A DNA stretch of 64,000 nt from Lingula anatina (lineage: Eukaryota > Animalia > Brachiopoda): contig CM120640.1 in the NCBI GenBank assembly GCA_051362555.1, positions 10,106,001 to 10,170,000 of the forward strand, in the 5' to 3' direction. Shown one piece after another: positions 13,547-27,000 of this stretch (position 1 is the stretch's first letter; each line of letters starts with the position of its first letter). The notes below the pieces were generated by a model that saw nothing but the letters and a program-made list of their open reading frames with translations, was not told the DNA's origin and searched no databases. Made by a program: the position numbers and the translations under genes.

Positions 13547-16500
13547 TCACCAGTATTCCAAATCAGAATCTCCTTCGTCACTTGCAGACTCCTCTTCACT
13601 GTCACTGTACCCCAACCAGCCATCCAACTCTTCATCATAATATTCAAACCATTTGTATGTACCAACTCTAGCACACAATCTCTGGCGGAATAATTCAATT
13701 TCAAGACTGAGAATGACGTCTTTTGGTAGCTTCTCTCGGACCACAAGTGACTCTAAAACCTGTGAATTGATTTGGCTTGTCAAATATTCTATGTAGTTAT
13801 CTGTAAAGACATCTTCATGTAAGTTTTGTGATTGATATTGGTTGGACTCTGAGGAGAACTGGTCCTTGTCAAAAACAGTTTTCTGGAATATCACACGGCT
13901 ACACTGCTGGTATAACGTTGCTGATAGACCTCCAAACAGGCGGGAAATGAGCTCAATCCCCAATCTTTTTAAATGTGATAAATCTGTCTGTTCATCCAAA
14001 TATTCCGCCAGCTCATCAGCTATCTCTTTCTTTGAAAAGAAACCTACAAAAGAAAGAGTTTTTGAGCCAAAGAAATGGTTAGGGGTCTTGTGACCCAAAC
14101 ACCAAATTAAATTTAAATGACCTGTATTATTATTGTTATAATGAATTCACTATTCTTTTTTAAATATGTTGTTCACAGCACAACCTGAAAAATATTTTAA
14201 ATTGGATGAACACTATATTCGTTATTATAGCTAATTATTTATAACCTTAATCTAAGAGATGGCCCAAACTTACCACTATCCACAAGATGAGCTAAAAACT
14301 GGAGATTCTTTGGAATCAAATGTGGCAAACGTTTCAGGAGGTGAGAACTGACCACTCTGAGAGAAGCTAGCGCAGCTAACAGTGGAGACACTTCCCTAAA
14401 GGAATAAATAAAAATTGGTTCAAGACAGAAGGGTACAGTTAGGCTTCGTTCACATGAAAAATCTATTTTCTAAACATCTATTTTCTATTTGCGGTATCTT
14501 GTGATCACGGTCTGTGCCCTGAATACCCCGTGGCATAATTACTTGCAGTGTGAGCCAGTTACTTCCAAAGCTGTAATTAATTCTTGGCTGCGCTCGGAGT
14601 GATCACAAGATACCGCAAATAGAAAATAGATTTTTAGAAAATAGATTTTTCATGTGAACGGAGTCTTATTGTGAGGAAAAATAAATCTTAAATTCTAAAT
14701 TATATTATCATTATCATGGTGACAATTTATCCATTTTTCACTATACATAAACAAAAAAAAAACAAAAAAACTAGGGCTTGAAAGTATATCCTAGATGAAA
14801 CATTTCCTCTTTTATAATATCTTTATCAAGAAAATTGTACAACATAAAAGCACTGAATGAAAACATAATTCAAAGTCAGTGAAGACAGATGTATATTTGC
14901 ATGTATACCTGATTATCCCTTTGTCCTCCTTCAATTTTCCTTTAATACACGGGTTTGCTCCAGCCTTCAAAAGCTTTATGACACTTTCCATATCTCCTCT
15001 AACCATACAGTTGAACAATGCAGTTCGACCCTGGTAGCCTTGAACATTCACCTAAGATTAGTTTAAAATGTTGAAGAAACATAATCTTGTATGAGTTTGA
15101 CTAGCATAAAGGGCATACCAGGTACTAGTAATCCTCAGTGACATTACACTGAAACTTAATACTAGAAACCTTTAGTTGAATTAACTCATCATGTTCAATC
15201 TCTGTTTTCAACATAACTCTGTAGCAAAGTTACAATTAAAACAAAAATAAATAAATAAATAAATAAAATAAAAAAGGACTGCTTTTTCTCAAAAGGCCAA
15301 ATTATGAACTTGACATGCATTTTGGTCCAAAGACTGAAGCAAAACAGTGACTGTTTTTTAATGATTCTGCATATACAAGAATTGTGGTTGTTGACAGCAT
15401 CAGGGACATGAATACAGAGACAAAGACTATGGTTATTGTTACAGCATCTATTAGAATATTAATAAATATGCATAACTTACAGCATTTTCCTCTCTGGACA
15501 GTAAATATTCTAAGAATTCTTCCTTGTCCTCCAAATTGTTCCCTTTGCTGTAAGGATCAGCAATGGGGTGATTTTCTACAAATTTTCTTATACCAAAAGG
15601 AAAGGCATCACACATGGCAGTGAGGGGGGTGTTGTCCCTGATGTCCACAGCCTCAACATCTGCTCCACTCTCACACAGGAGTCTTGCCAAGGCTACATTG
15701 TCACTCAATATCACAGTATTATGAAGTGGGGTCATCTGGTTTATATCACGGATGTTTGGGTCTCCTCCATTAGCTGGAAAATAATGTGAAATATTTTGGA
15801 AATGATTTAAATGTAAATGTATCTTGGAGCACATCTAACTGGCAATTGGCAGGGTGATTTGGGGGTTCAAAATAATAATATTACTTTACGACTGCATTCC
15901 CATACTGGCACACCCCCTGAGTAACTAGGGGGTACGGTAATTGACTATTGTTAAATACCCCCTAGCAGCTTGAGTAGGTGTGCCAGGCATTTAAACCAAT
16001 TACACTGAATTCAATTTAGCAAGAATCTCCAGTTTATGGGAATGCTCGCTATTTGTGCTTGTGTTTTGTGTCTAACTCCAACATATAACACAAATCAACT
16101 TAAAAAGAATACAGCATATCAAATCAACACAAATCAACTTACAAAGAATAATAAATATCAAGTCTAAAATATCATCTTGGAGTTGTTCTTTTGTTGTAAG
16201 GATCTCATTTGTCATTCCTATCACAGTTGTCCAGTTATTTTGTCCTTTTTCAGGGCTCCATAACACTCCACTGAAAAAAAAACACTGAATGCTGCTTACA
16301 ATAAGTTTAGTGTACAGATAAAAAATAAACTAATTTTAGAATGTTCTTGAGATAAAATAAAATTCCACATTGAAATGGTACATCTTTTCCAATAGTTCAC
16401 AATTCTTTACTTCAATAAAAGTTTATAGATTTAAAATGAATCAATAACAGCTAACCAATCATTAATAGACATCATCACATTCATTGCTCTTATCGTAACT

Positions 16501-17400
16501 TAATTCTTACAGTTTTGATTTGTCCCCATATGCTAACAGAGGCTGGTGTCTATATACATCATTGTACATATCCACCAGTAATTCTAGGACAGTCTTCCCT
16601 GGGCCAACATATTCACAGCCGTAATATGTCTGAAATAGGCAGATATCACAATTGCACTATGCTACAGTATACCAGTACAAAAAGGTTGGACTTTTAACCC
16701 CTATCAGCCCAAATCATGACAATTTAGCTTTGGTTAAATAATTAAATATTGATCACCATGACAATTTTAACACTTTATACTGGTGACCTACTCATACACA
16801 AATAGAAAATGTGTATTTTTTGTCTCTTTTAATGCCTGCTGTTTATGATATATCCATTTTTTAATAATATTTTTTAAAATTATTTTTCAAATACAGAAAT
16901 TAACTCACCTCTGGTATTCTTAAATTAACATTGGCTCCATATTCTATCAGTAGTTTTGCTATGTAGAGATTGACTGGAATGTTGGATACTCCATCAATAG
17001 ACTGACCACACAGAGATATGTATAAAGGAATTCTCTGGTAGCAACCTGCAAATAATTCACAATTAAACATATTAAAAATATCTAAATAAATCTATAAATC
17101 AAACAATCAGCCTCTAGCACTCCCATTCATGCTTTACTAAGTTCACAACCACCTAGCACTAGATAAATGAAATACAAAACTGCAATAAGTTTGGAGTAAT
17201 AGAGGTTGATTATTTTTCATAGGTGTTCAAGTCTACCCCATATCAAAATATAAATTATCATCATTACCTTCATCCAAGTACGAAGCAGAGCTGGTATTTC
17301 TGATAAGTTGTTCTGCCCTAGAGTAATGCTGGAGCTCTAGTGCCTGTGTCAGTTCAGTCTCATTGATACCAAATTCCACATGGAATACATTCACTGCCAT
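13547..17400 (-). CDS. Ankyrin-repeat protein with SOCS-box-like C-terminus (ASB-like), 8 coding exons
   Basis: Exons 17268-17400, 16909-17045, 16511-16629, 16143-16270, 15481-15773, 14909-15051, 14274-14395, 13547-14043 join in frame. Ankyrin motifs: KLLIEYGANVN, MTPLH..ARLLCESGADVEAVDIRDNTPL, GRTALF..KLLKAGANP. BC-box-like TLYQQCSRVI and an acidic tail follow. Confidence 0.85.
14442..14665. mobile_element. Fold-back MITE family A, copy 1 (PIF/Harbinger-like, TTA TSD)
   Basis: ggcttcgttcacatgaaaaatctattttct...agaaaatagatttttcatgtgaacggagtc, flanked by tta on both sides and homologous to 41405-41661. Confidence 0.85.
15905..15986. repeat. Short imperfect inverted repeat / mini-MITE
   Basis: ctggcacacc...ctagg..ggta...tacccc..ctag...ggtgtgccag. 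Confidence 0.55.
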
Positions 17401-17981
17401 GTCACTTGCAACTCTGAAAAGTATGACAAACAATTAATTATTAATATACCTGTATCAGTGTATGTCAAATTATATTGTTATGTATCATCAAAGTAATTCT
17501 TGGATGTATCTAGCACTGTTTAATGCTTAAAAACTCCCTCATAAGGCAATAACAACACTTTGATTTTATACACATTTAAACAACCATATGGCGTTAACAA
17601 ATCAACATAAAACTTAGGTTTTATGATTATCGATAAACATTGTTACAATTTCAAACAAGGGTAAGGCACAGCACAGATGACAGCGTCTCTGCCTCTACAC
17701 AGTGATCTCTGCCGTAACAGACCATAAGTTTGTTGAAATCAAAAATTTACAACAATGCGCTAACTTACCAAAATCCAGAAGAGAATCTTTTAAATGTCTA
17801 AAACGAACGAATCACTGAATAAGCAATGACAAGAATATTTGTGCCCCAGTTATTTCAACAAGGTAACTAGGTCAGCGAGATTGCGTTGGCACAGACTAAG
17901 AAACAACTATCGCAATCAACATTGCTATCTCGTTTGGGCAGTTGAAGCAAAACCTGTGGTTATTTTTTGCTGGCTAAATTT

Positions 17982-17984
<3 letters not shown>

Positions 17985-18023
<39 letters not shown>
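17985..18023. repeat. (GA)n microsatellite
   Basis: About 19 GA units, between the ZMPSTE24 3' end and the ankyrin-gene promoter. Confidence 0.95.
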
Positions 18024-18026
<3 letters not shown>

Positions 18027-18633
18027 CTGTGGGATCTTTATGCATGGTCCTCTCCTAAATCTCTATTTTGATTTTGTAGATTGTCAAAAACTGGCAAATG
18101 AATAAAAACAATCACCTTTTCAGTTACTACTGTCTGTAGTCAGATTGAAAGATTTAGATTTACAGTTAAAAAGAGACAGCTACAAGTGCATTCAATGCAA
18201 CTTTATCCAGCATCTCATGCATAATTTTTTTTGTTTCGTTTGGAAACATAGAAGTGGTATAGTTCATTGCGAATTCTGCACTGCAGTAGTCATTTTTACA
18301 AATTTAACATATTTACAAGAACTTATATGACAGATTAAAAACTCAATCATTTTATATATTTTATTAGTGTTAAAACTGATTGTGTCTGACAAAAAAGACA
18401 TTTTATCTAAGACTAAGTCGCCTTCTATGGCTATATACAACAAGTCTCTAAAATCGTCACTGAACTTTATTCTAATACCTTTTGTTTTGTTGTTTACATA
18501 CTGGACATTTTATTTACTGATCATCATATGCCTCATGGCAGACCACTTCCAAATTGTTTGTCAACATCTCACAAATAAAATCCTACACATATCTCTCAAG
18601 TCTTTAGTCTTGTTCTGAGTTAAGCTATCAGAG

Positions 18634-21600
18634 CTACTCTGTCTTGTCCAGAGCCCTCATTCTCTCTATAAGAGGAGGGTGAGAATAGTGCCACATTGAG
18701 TACAACCAGTCTGTCACTGGAAAGCTTAGATTATCCTTGTTCAACTTCACTAAGGCTGACTTGAGAGGCTCAGCTCTGCGAAGGCTCTTAGCAAAGGCAT
18801 CTGCTTGGAATTCATATCGTCTGCTTAGAACTGTCATGAAGAATGACAAGAGCTAAAAGACAAGAAGTATATTTGTCAATGGTCAGGATGGCAAATACAT
18901 CTGTTATAATGAAAAACAAATGGAAGGAAAACTTCGCATTAAATGCCCCTTTTCTGATTCCCAAGAGAAATGTTACACCAAATTAAAATAACTTCCATAT
19001 TTTTCAACTTCACTCGTTACATTAATAGTGGAGTTGCAAAATAATACCATTATTATCATCATGACAAAATTTTGCAAATGACACGTTTCATGGAATGAAA
19101 TCAATTAACCACAATAAATGCTACCAATGCCACTGACAACCTAACCAGACTTATGTAAATATAGTTAAAAATGAAACTCTTTAGCTATGAAATATAAGGA
19201 AATTATCTGAATAATAAATAAATAAATGAATAATAAATACCTCATTGTACGGTGAGAAGATGAACTGGAATATGATGAGTAGCCCTATCAGTGTTGGCTG
19301 GGTATCAAATCCAAATCCTGTAAACAGTTCCTTCCTGTTTATCAGGAAAGCAAACACCATGAAAAGTAAGAAAGTGTTGACCTGGAAAAATAAGCTCAAG
19401 ATTAATAATAGGCCATTTAAAGACCTTAAAATGATTTATCAATGCTGATCTATTATCTTTTCTTTCAAACTTATATAGATTCAATGACTCCACTGAAAGT
19501 AATAGAATATTGTCGCCACCTCTGCTAAAAAAAAAAACAACAACATATTTACCTGGCCTATCACCAAGTTCTTCAAAACATGGTTCAGTTTCCAATGTCC
19601 AAGTTCATGACTTAGTACAGCTAATACTTCTTCATTGTTGCAGCCAGTTTTCCTTTCTTTCTTTTCCTCAGTGCTTCCCTCCTTCTTTTCCTGAAGTTAG
19701 TCAACATACTCCTGATTGCTGATAATACTAAGAATCATGTAATGAATGGCCATGACAACTAAAGATAATTTCTGGGTTGATTAATGAATATTCATCTTCA
19801 CACATTCTATTTTATTTAAGTTGTTCTATGACCTGCCTATATCAATAACGGGATTTAAATATTAAAACTGGAATCATTTGGAATCATTTGACATTACTGA
19901 AGTGATTAACAGTAAAGACAATGTATCATTTTCTAGTTTTGCCACAAAAAAAGTGTGCACATTGAATGCCAAACATCTGAAACATTTTACCTCAGTTTTT
20001 GATTCAGCCTCAGCTTTATTTTCATCCCCTTCTCCACCATTGCCGTCAGCAGGTGTGGCAGTCTCTGGAGCTTCACCCTCTTTTTTGTTCCCAGGAGCAT
20101 AGTCTTCTAGCAAAGTGTCAAACAGAACAATCCTTTTGTTCTTGAAAAAGCCATAGAAATAGGCATTACTGTGTGATGAGCGTTTGGAACCTAAAAGAAA
20201 GAAAAAAAAATTGAATATATCTGAGGTGTTTGCAGGAGACTTGGCAAATTTGCATATTGCTTGGAGTTGGGAGTCTTTATGTCATTAAGTATACATGATC
20301 CATGATGTTTAAAAAAAACTTTCACAATAACCATCAACAGCTAAAATGACTGAAAACTTGACACACACTTTTCATTTCTTCATAATTCTTCAAGCGACAT
20401 TTATAACTACTTTGAAAATGATACATCACCTTCAACTACAAACAACTTGTACAGAGGAAACTCTATGCTTGCTGCCAGCTCTTCAATCTTGGTTCTCAGT
20501 TCACCATCAGGTAGTGGAGTAAACTTGTCAAACAGTGGGGCTATATAGTCTGCATACACAGTAACCAAGATCTGAAGGTAGACGAATGTAACTTTGAGAA
20601 AACAATACTTCAATTTGAATTAACTTTTGATTACTATTAAGATTTACAACTAATACTCTTATCAATTCAATTTAACAAACAAATATGTTTATGTCTAGTT
20701 TCATGTGTCTACATCACCTCAAGATTATTGAACTAAAAACAGAACACAATCAGTACTGGCTTTAAAAATTAAATAAATAAGAGAAGTAAACATGAAATCT
20801 CAGCAATTACCAAAGACACTACAAAAGTGAAAACCCAGCAATATATGAAGAAGTAATCTCCTCCAATCTGTATGATGTAGATAAGGAGAGCCGTGACAGG
20901 GAATGCTATAAGACAAGTGACCAGTAACTTCTTGGCTGTGTCTTTAAAGAAGAACCCCAGGGTCTGGAATGAAGAACATGAAGAAGAATCAAATTAACTG
21001 GTACAATATTTGTTCAGGAAAAAAAAAAAACTGGCTCAGCATAAAACCAAACATGAAATTTACCCTGTGCAAAGTGTCATCTGAAAAATGGTAGTTTAAA
21101 AATAAATCAAATTCAGATTTACAATTACACAGACTTGTAACATATTGCAAATTTTGATTCAATAAATGGTACAGTTAGGCATAATTTACGATATAAATGT
21201 ATGTTTATTTTCTTTAATTTTTCACAAAATATTGCACGCACCATGACTAAGACTCAAAGTGTCATACCAGAACTATAGTCTAGTAATTCTTACCATCTTA
21301 TTAAACCCATGCCTTTCTTCTATAACAAATGTACCATACAAACTCCACGGCAGTCCAGTTATGGTGCTCCACATCATACACAAGAACATAAACACAATGG
21401 ATTGCAGAATCTGAAATTAAATTTACAAATTGTCAAACTAAAATGTATTATAAGTCTTGCATGAAATGAACTACATCAGTTGCAGTTTTCAAAATTTTGT
21501 AAGGAAAAAAGCTTAAATGAAAATATCATTTTAGATTCTAAAAATGATACTGCTACACTCAGGCTGAAAAACCATCATAAGACAGAAGTGTTTTTTGGTA

Positions 21601-22391
21601 CGACATAATTTATTATCTTTTAAGTATTAAGATAATTAAAGTACACAAACCTCATATTCTTCTCCCAGGCCAACCTTTGTCAGTAAAATGCCACTGGCAT
21701 GCCATACAATTGGTAGTGCACCACAAAGAAGAATAACCTGTTAACACAAACAAAACACAATGTTATTCCTCATTTTCCAAAGTCTAAAAAATCGTTTTAA
21801 ATTTCACAATTAGCATCCTACTGGGTGTACTTCAGCGATAAAGAAAGAGAAGAAAAAATAAAACCCAAATTCACTTTATCACAACTTGTAATACTTTAAA
21901 TACACGTGTGGATGCCATGGGTTTATAACATAGAGGAAATATAATAGATATAAATAGCACTGTACTAACAGTGGTTTCCAACTGAGAATATAATCCCGAC
22001 CAAAATCCAAATTTGCTTTTGTCATATTGGTACAGCCTGGCCTTCTCAAATGTCTCGTGGTCAAGCACTTCCTTCAGTTCGTCTGGCACTTCTTTTACTG
22101 TCTCGTATTTTACTCTCTGAAACGTATTTAAAGATACAATAATACAAGTGACGTTTCAATATGAACTGATGTATATAGTCTCCCCTCTCGACTGGAGTAA
22201 GACGCAGAAGAGAACTGGATGTATGGAGGTCTAGCAGATTAACCGGCATATGTTAATACACAATGTCAAAGAATCTTAACGTTACAGGCTGTAGTACGCA
22301 CCTGTCTAGCTCCCAGATATGATTCCCATATGTAGACGACCCAGAGAAACACCAGGACGGTGTACATTATTTCTATGTTTTCCCAAGCCAT
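18634..22391 (-). CDS. ZMPSTE24: CAAX prenyl protease 1 (Ste24/ZMPSTE24, peptidase M48), 10 coding exons
   Basis: Exons 22302-22391, 21970-22116, 21651-21737, 21294-21410, 20811-20963, 20430-20571, 19991-20190, 19553-19690, 19241-19381, 18634-18852. Motifs: [51 protein letters not shown], zinc motif [27 protein letters not shown]. Confidence 0.97.
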
Positions 22392-22440
22392 AGTTTTATC
22401 GTGCACATGAAAAGGACAGAAAAAAACGCTGTAGCGGGAC

Positions 22441-22610
22441 TTCTGTGGCTAAACTAAAGTTCTGTGGCTAAACTGTTCAGCGCATGCGCATTATGTGCAT
22501 AATTAGCACGCACAGAACTTCCTTTTCAACTGATGTGAATCCAGTTTGACTTTTTTATCTTCACTTTATAGTCCTACAATAACCTGATCCTTCTTTTCAC
22601 GTGACGTCGA
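22441..22610. promoter_or_regulatory. ZMPSTE24 proximal promoter motifs
   Basis: 14-bp direct repeat ttctgtggctaaac x2 (22441, 22460), NRF1-type GCGCATGCGCA (22480-22490) and E-box/CRE-like TCACGTGACGTC (~22597). All lie 50-220 bp upstream of the ATG in a CpG-rich patch. Confidence 0.5.
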
Positions 22611-22837
22611 ACTAAAAACAATTTATGTGCAGTAACGTGAGTGCTGCATTGCTAGAATGCTATGGCGATCTGAGCACAACAATGAACTGAGACCGCTACG
22701 CCGGCTTGCTGATCAGCAAAATGCGAATGTACAATTTCCAAGACAAGCCGAACAGAATACACGCTGACTGCATTGGTTGAGGTGCAATAAAATGAATTCG
22801 CAGCCAACACACTTTTAGTCCCCACTTCAGTAGATAT

Positions 22838-22988
22838 CGCCCCGAGCTTCAGAGATAACTTGTTGAAACAAACCTCTACACCATAGGCTATTAGCATACT
22901 CTTAATTGCCATTTCAAGTTACTTTATACAGCAACGGTATACTTAAGTGTAGAGGTTTGTTTCAAGTTATTTCTGAAGCTCAGGGGTG
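22838..22988. mobile_element. Fold-back MITE family B, older copy
   Basis: cgccccgagcttcagagataactt..gaaacaaacctctacac ... gtgtagaggtttgtttcaagttatttctgaagctcaggggtg. The termini match 56679-56755. Confidence 0.75.
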
Positions 22989-23330
22989 ATCCAAAAAGTA
23001 TTGGAATAAGAAAAAAGATACACATTTTGCATACATTATTAAGTTATGATATTTTGTTAATAATATTATATGCACATGTAGAAGAATGTAATTCAGCAAA
23101 TAAACTATATAAAATGATAAATACATACATATAATTAATATATAGGTATATATATATATTTATATAATAGATGAGAAAAGAATTATAATAACACAAATTA
23201 GTTATTGTGAGCACTATATTTCAAAAACCAGATATATTTTCAAAAAAAACAAAACAAAAAAACCTTAACTGTCAAACTGAAAAAATGCCTCTCGTGGCAT
23301 TTCTTCTACATGTACTGTTCAGACATGTCT

Positions 23331-23486
23331 TGATAGTCTGAAGGTTCAATATTGGCCTGAAGGTTCATTGGTCCGAAAAATTGTAGCATTTTCATCAGTT
23401 TTTTAATCAAGGGTTTGTTGATCTGTAGGTTCTATAGTGAACATTCTAACCAATGAACCTTCGGACTATTAAACCGTCGGACTACT
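23331..23486. mobile_element. Degenerate MITE with subterminal gtccgaaggttca-type repeats
   Basis: tagtctgaaggttca / ctgaaggttcattggt on the left, accaatgaaccttcggacta / ccgtcggactac inverted on the right. Confidence 0.5.
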
Positions 23487-24082
23487 GCCATGGCCCCATA
23501 CTGTTCATGTGATGATTTATTTTAATGTCTTTTAGATTGACGAAGTCAACACATTTTATAAGTGTTTTGAAATCTTTATTTTTACAAAATATATATACAC
23601 ACAATGTACACTATTTTCTTTGTAACAAATATCATCAAAAAAGAAGGAACGGATTGAAAAGGACGGAATGCTAGTTTTACGTATTTACAAAATAAAATAC
23701 AATTTCATAAATAGGCCCTGTATTAAAATGCATTTTTCATCACAGTTCAATTGCTTGATATGGAAAGGAACTTTTGGGTTGGAATATACATTATTTGAGG
23801 TTAAAATTTGTTTTGATACAATGTCAACAAACTGACACATATCAGACTGACAAAAGCATTATTTGATATTGTTTCCATTGTAAACAGCCTGTTGTAAGAA
23901 CCAAACATATGTATTGCTGTAAACGAAACCGAATCCATAGCAAGTTCTTCTTTCACAAGAGAGCCCATTTTTTAAGGTTATCTTTTTTATACACATACTG
24001 TCCCAATAATCAAAAAGAAAAAAATTTGCAAACAAGCCTCAAGTAATAAGGTAGCCTTCATCCTTAGCTGACATACATGTAC

Positions 24083-27000
24083 TTAGGCAAGCCAGGTAGG
24101 TGTAGGCTCAATTCCTTTGAGTGCTAAGAACTGTTCAAGTCTGTGATCAAAGCCCAGGGGTCTGGCTTCTGGCTCTTTGTACTTGACTGTCATAGTGTCT
24201 CCTAGGTACTTGATCATTTCACAAGTCTCTTCAAACTTCATCAGTTTCTGCTTGTACTTTTTCCTCACATATTCTGAGCTTTTTGGGTTGTATGCTGTGA
24301 TAAAACAAAAGATAATATGTAAAGTCATTTTTCTTTTGTTACTTTTAGACGGATTTGCATTAAAAAAGTCTATAATGGAAATGTATTTATGGAAAACAGG
24401 AACTTGTTTCATTTATGAATTCTAAGAGGAACTAAGGTTAAATGCTGACAAATATATTTTGATTTTATTAAAATATCATATCCTTTCAATCATCATCATC
24501 AATTATCATCATCACTTAATGTATATCTACTCTGATGTGGTGCACCTTATCCGAATTCCATTACAATGAACCTTAATATCACGTGCTGGCATTTTTAATT
24601 AGCCTACCTTTCAGATGATATGCTGTATAGATGAGTGCTGATCTTGTGGGGCTGAGGAAAGGATATTTGGGTTTAAAACAACCCACTGCTGTGAGAGCCT
24701 TGGTAATAGCAGTGGCCACACTCTGCTCCAGGTAACCCAGCATGGGGAGCCCCTGGGTAGGCATGGCAGTCCTGGGGGGTGGAAGCTTGTGGGGGAGGGT
24801 CAGGTTCCAGTACTTCTCTGGTAACCTGTAATAATGAAAGGGTTAAGTAGAAAGTGTTTGATGTTTGTATAACACATCTTAGGTGTGGTTTACAGAGATT
24901 GTATAGGTAAAAAAAGTGTTCACAGTGCTCGACTTTCATCTGTATAACCCATATGTGTCATGTACCATGTACCATATCATTATATAATGCATAAAAACTG
25001 TGTGAATAGGAAACCAGTACATTACATCTACATGTATTTCTATATTTAGTATAAGATATATAACTTACCTCATAAACTTATCCAGTTTCTCTTCTGATTC
25101 AAAGTAATAAAATTGTTCTCTGTATTCTACCACAAGCTCTGGGTTTCCTTGGATAAGGGCTTCATATCTATGGGAAAATTTTTAAAATGCAAATTAATAT
25201 GTTGATATTAAATGCTCACATATAAAGAGCGATGACTTAGGGCATGCTGCACATCATTTATTTTGGTACCTTTGCACAATCACTTTTATGAAAAAAAAAA
25301 AAAATCTCAAATTACAGTTTTGGCTGATTAAAATACTATCTATATGTTAAAATGATCACAAAAAAGAACATGGTAATCTTCGTAAATTTACCTGCACTTT
25401 CCATCCAAATAGGTGACAGGACAGTACCCCTGTATCTGCACCTGTTTTGGGAAGGCTGCTTTGACGTCTGCTGCTGTTCTACGCCTAGGTAACATGTTCT
25501 TTGCAGGCAGTTTACGAGGTGCCATGGGAGGCACATACCTCTCTGGCTCAGCCAAGAATTTGGCCAATTCTTCTTTGCCGCACATCTTGTAATAGTGTCC
25601 TGTAAAATAAAGACAAAAAGAAATAGTACCATGGAGTTATAATACAAACAAAAAAATTGCATTTCATTCACAAAAGTAGTATTGTTTCCTCTGAACACTT
25701 TTTTGGCGTAAAATATACTTAAAATTCAGAGCAAAACAAAATACAACAGTGCCATATATAAATTTAAAAATAAATAAATAATAAAATGCTTTTGTATCTT
25801 GGTCCACCACTTTCCCTCTTCACTTTCCATCTCATTATAATGTGTTCCTCAAAGTTTACCTCTGAATTCTGCAGAGAACTCCAGAGTGTCCATATCAGTA
25901 CAGTCCACCAGTTCTCCATCATCAGCCAACCGGACTGGGCAGTACTGGTCAAAGTCACCTAGTCTCTCCAAGAACTCACTGGGTGTGATACACATGTCTC
26001 CAATTACTGCAGCTTTACCTATTGGGGGATAAAATTAGATGCTTTATCATAGAGTGAATTGCAAACAAATGAAAACAAATGTAAAGTCAAAATGTTATGA
26101 GTTTATGAGATATATGTATAAGAGACGCAATTTATTAATTTATTAATTTTTGGAACAGATAAAATGACAAATATGTATGAAATAACATAATAATGAGAGA
26201 CTGAAAAGAACCAAATGTAACTTCAAATCCAAATGGTGGCCAAAAAACTATTACAATAAAACTGACAACTACAACATATCAATGATAAAAAAAAATCAAT
26301 AAAGAATAAAACTGAGAACGCACCATCTGTTATCCTCTGCAAATAAGTCTGTATCTTTTTAATGCTGTCCCTTGCAGTGTCCAGAGCTTTGTTCCACACC
26401 CACCACTTGGACCTGTTCCCTTCCACACACAGCCAGTTCTTATGTTCTTTCTGGTACCATTCCCGCACTGCTGGGAACTCTTTCTGCCAGTTGCCCAGCT
26501 TCATTGTTAAGATCTGTGCACTGTCGTGCAGGGGCAAGGTCCTAAAAAGAAGAAGAAAAAGAAATAAAATACATTGTAAAATACATGTATCACATTTCAA
26601 GACACTTAAAATGATACATATGATTTCTGAAAGTTGTTCCAGCTACTAGCTTTTTACTTTCTTTATTAAGGATATTAGATGTAAATGAAATTGAAATTCA
26701 ACACATTTAACAAAGAAAACAGTTACAATGTAAAACACATGAGAAGAACAGAAATGAGGGAAAAAGAGAAAACTTGTATATTTGGCAACCCTCCGAATTT
26801 GTTTATATTTAACAGTTTACCATAAAAGTATGGTCACAGCATGGTTTAATAATCTTAGTCATTTGGATTAATTTTTCGATTGCTTATCAGTTTATTTATT
26901 CAAAATAGTAAATTTTCATTTGGGGCGAGCATGTATGAAAGCAACCTTAACTGACCTTAACTGATCTTAATCAATCAATTTACTGGTATTGTGTTTGCCA

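Noticed and set aside
16240-16270. Apparent in-frame TGA in the ankyrin gene (selenocysteine or pseudogene)
   Set aside because: It disappears once exon 16511-16629 is included, because the exon is then read in phase 2.
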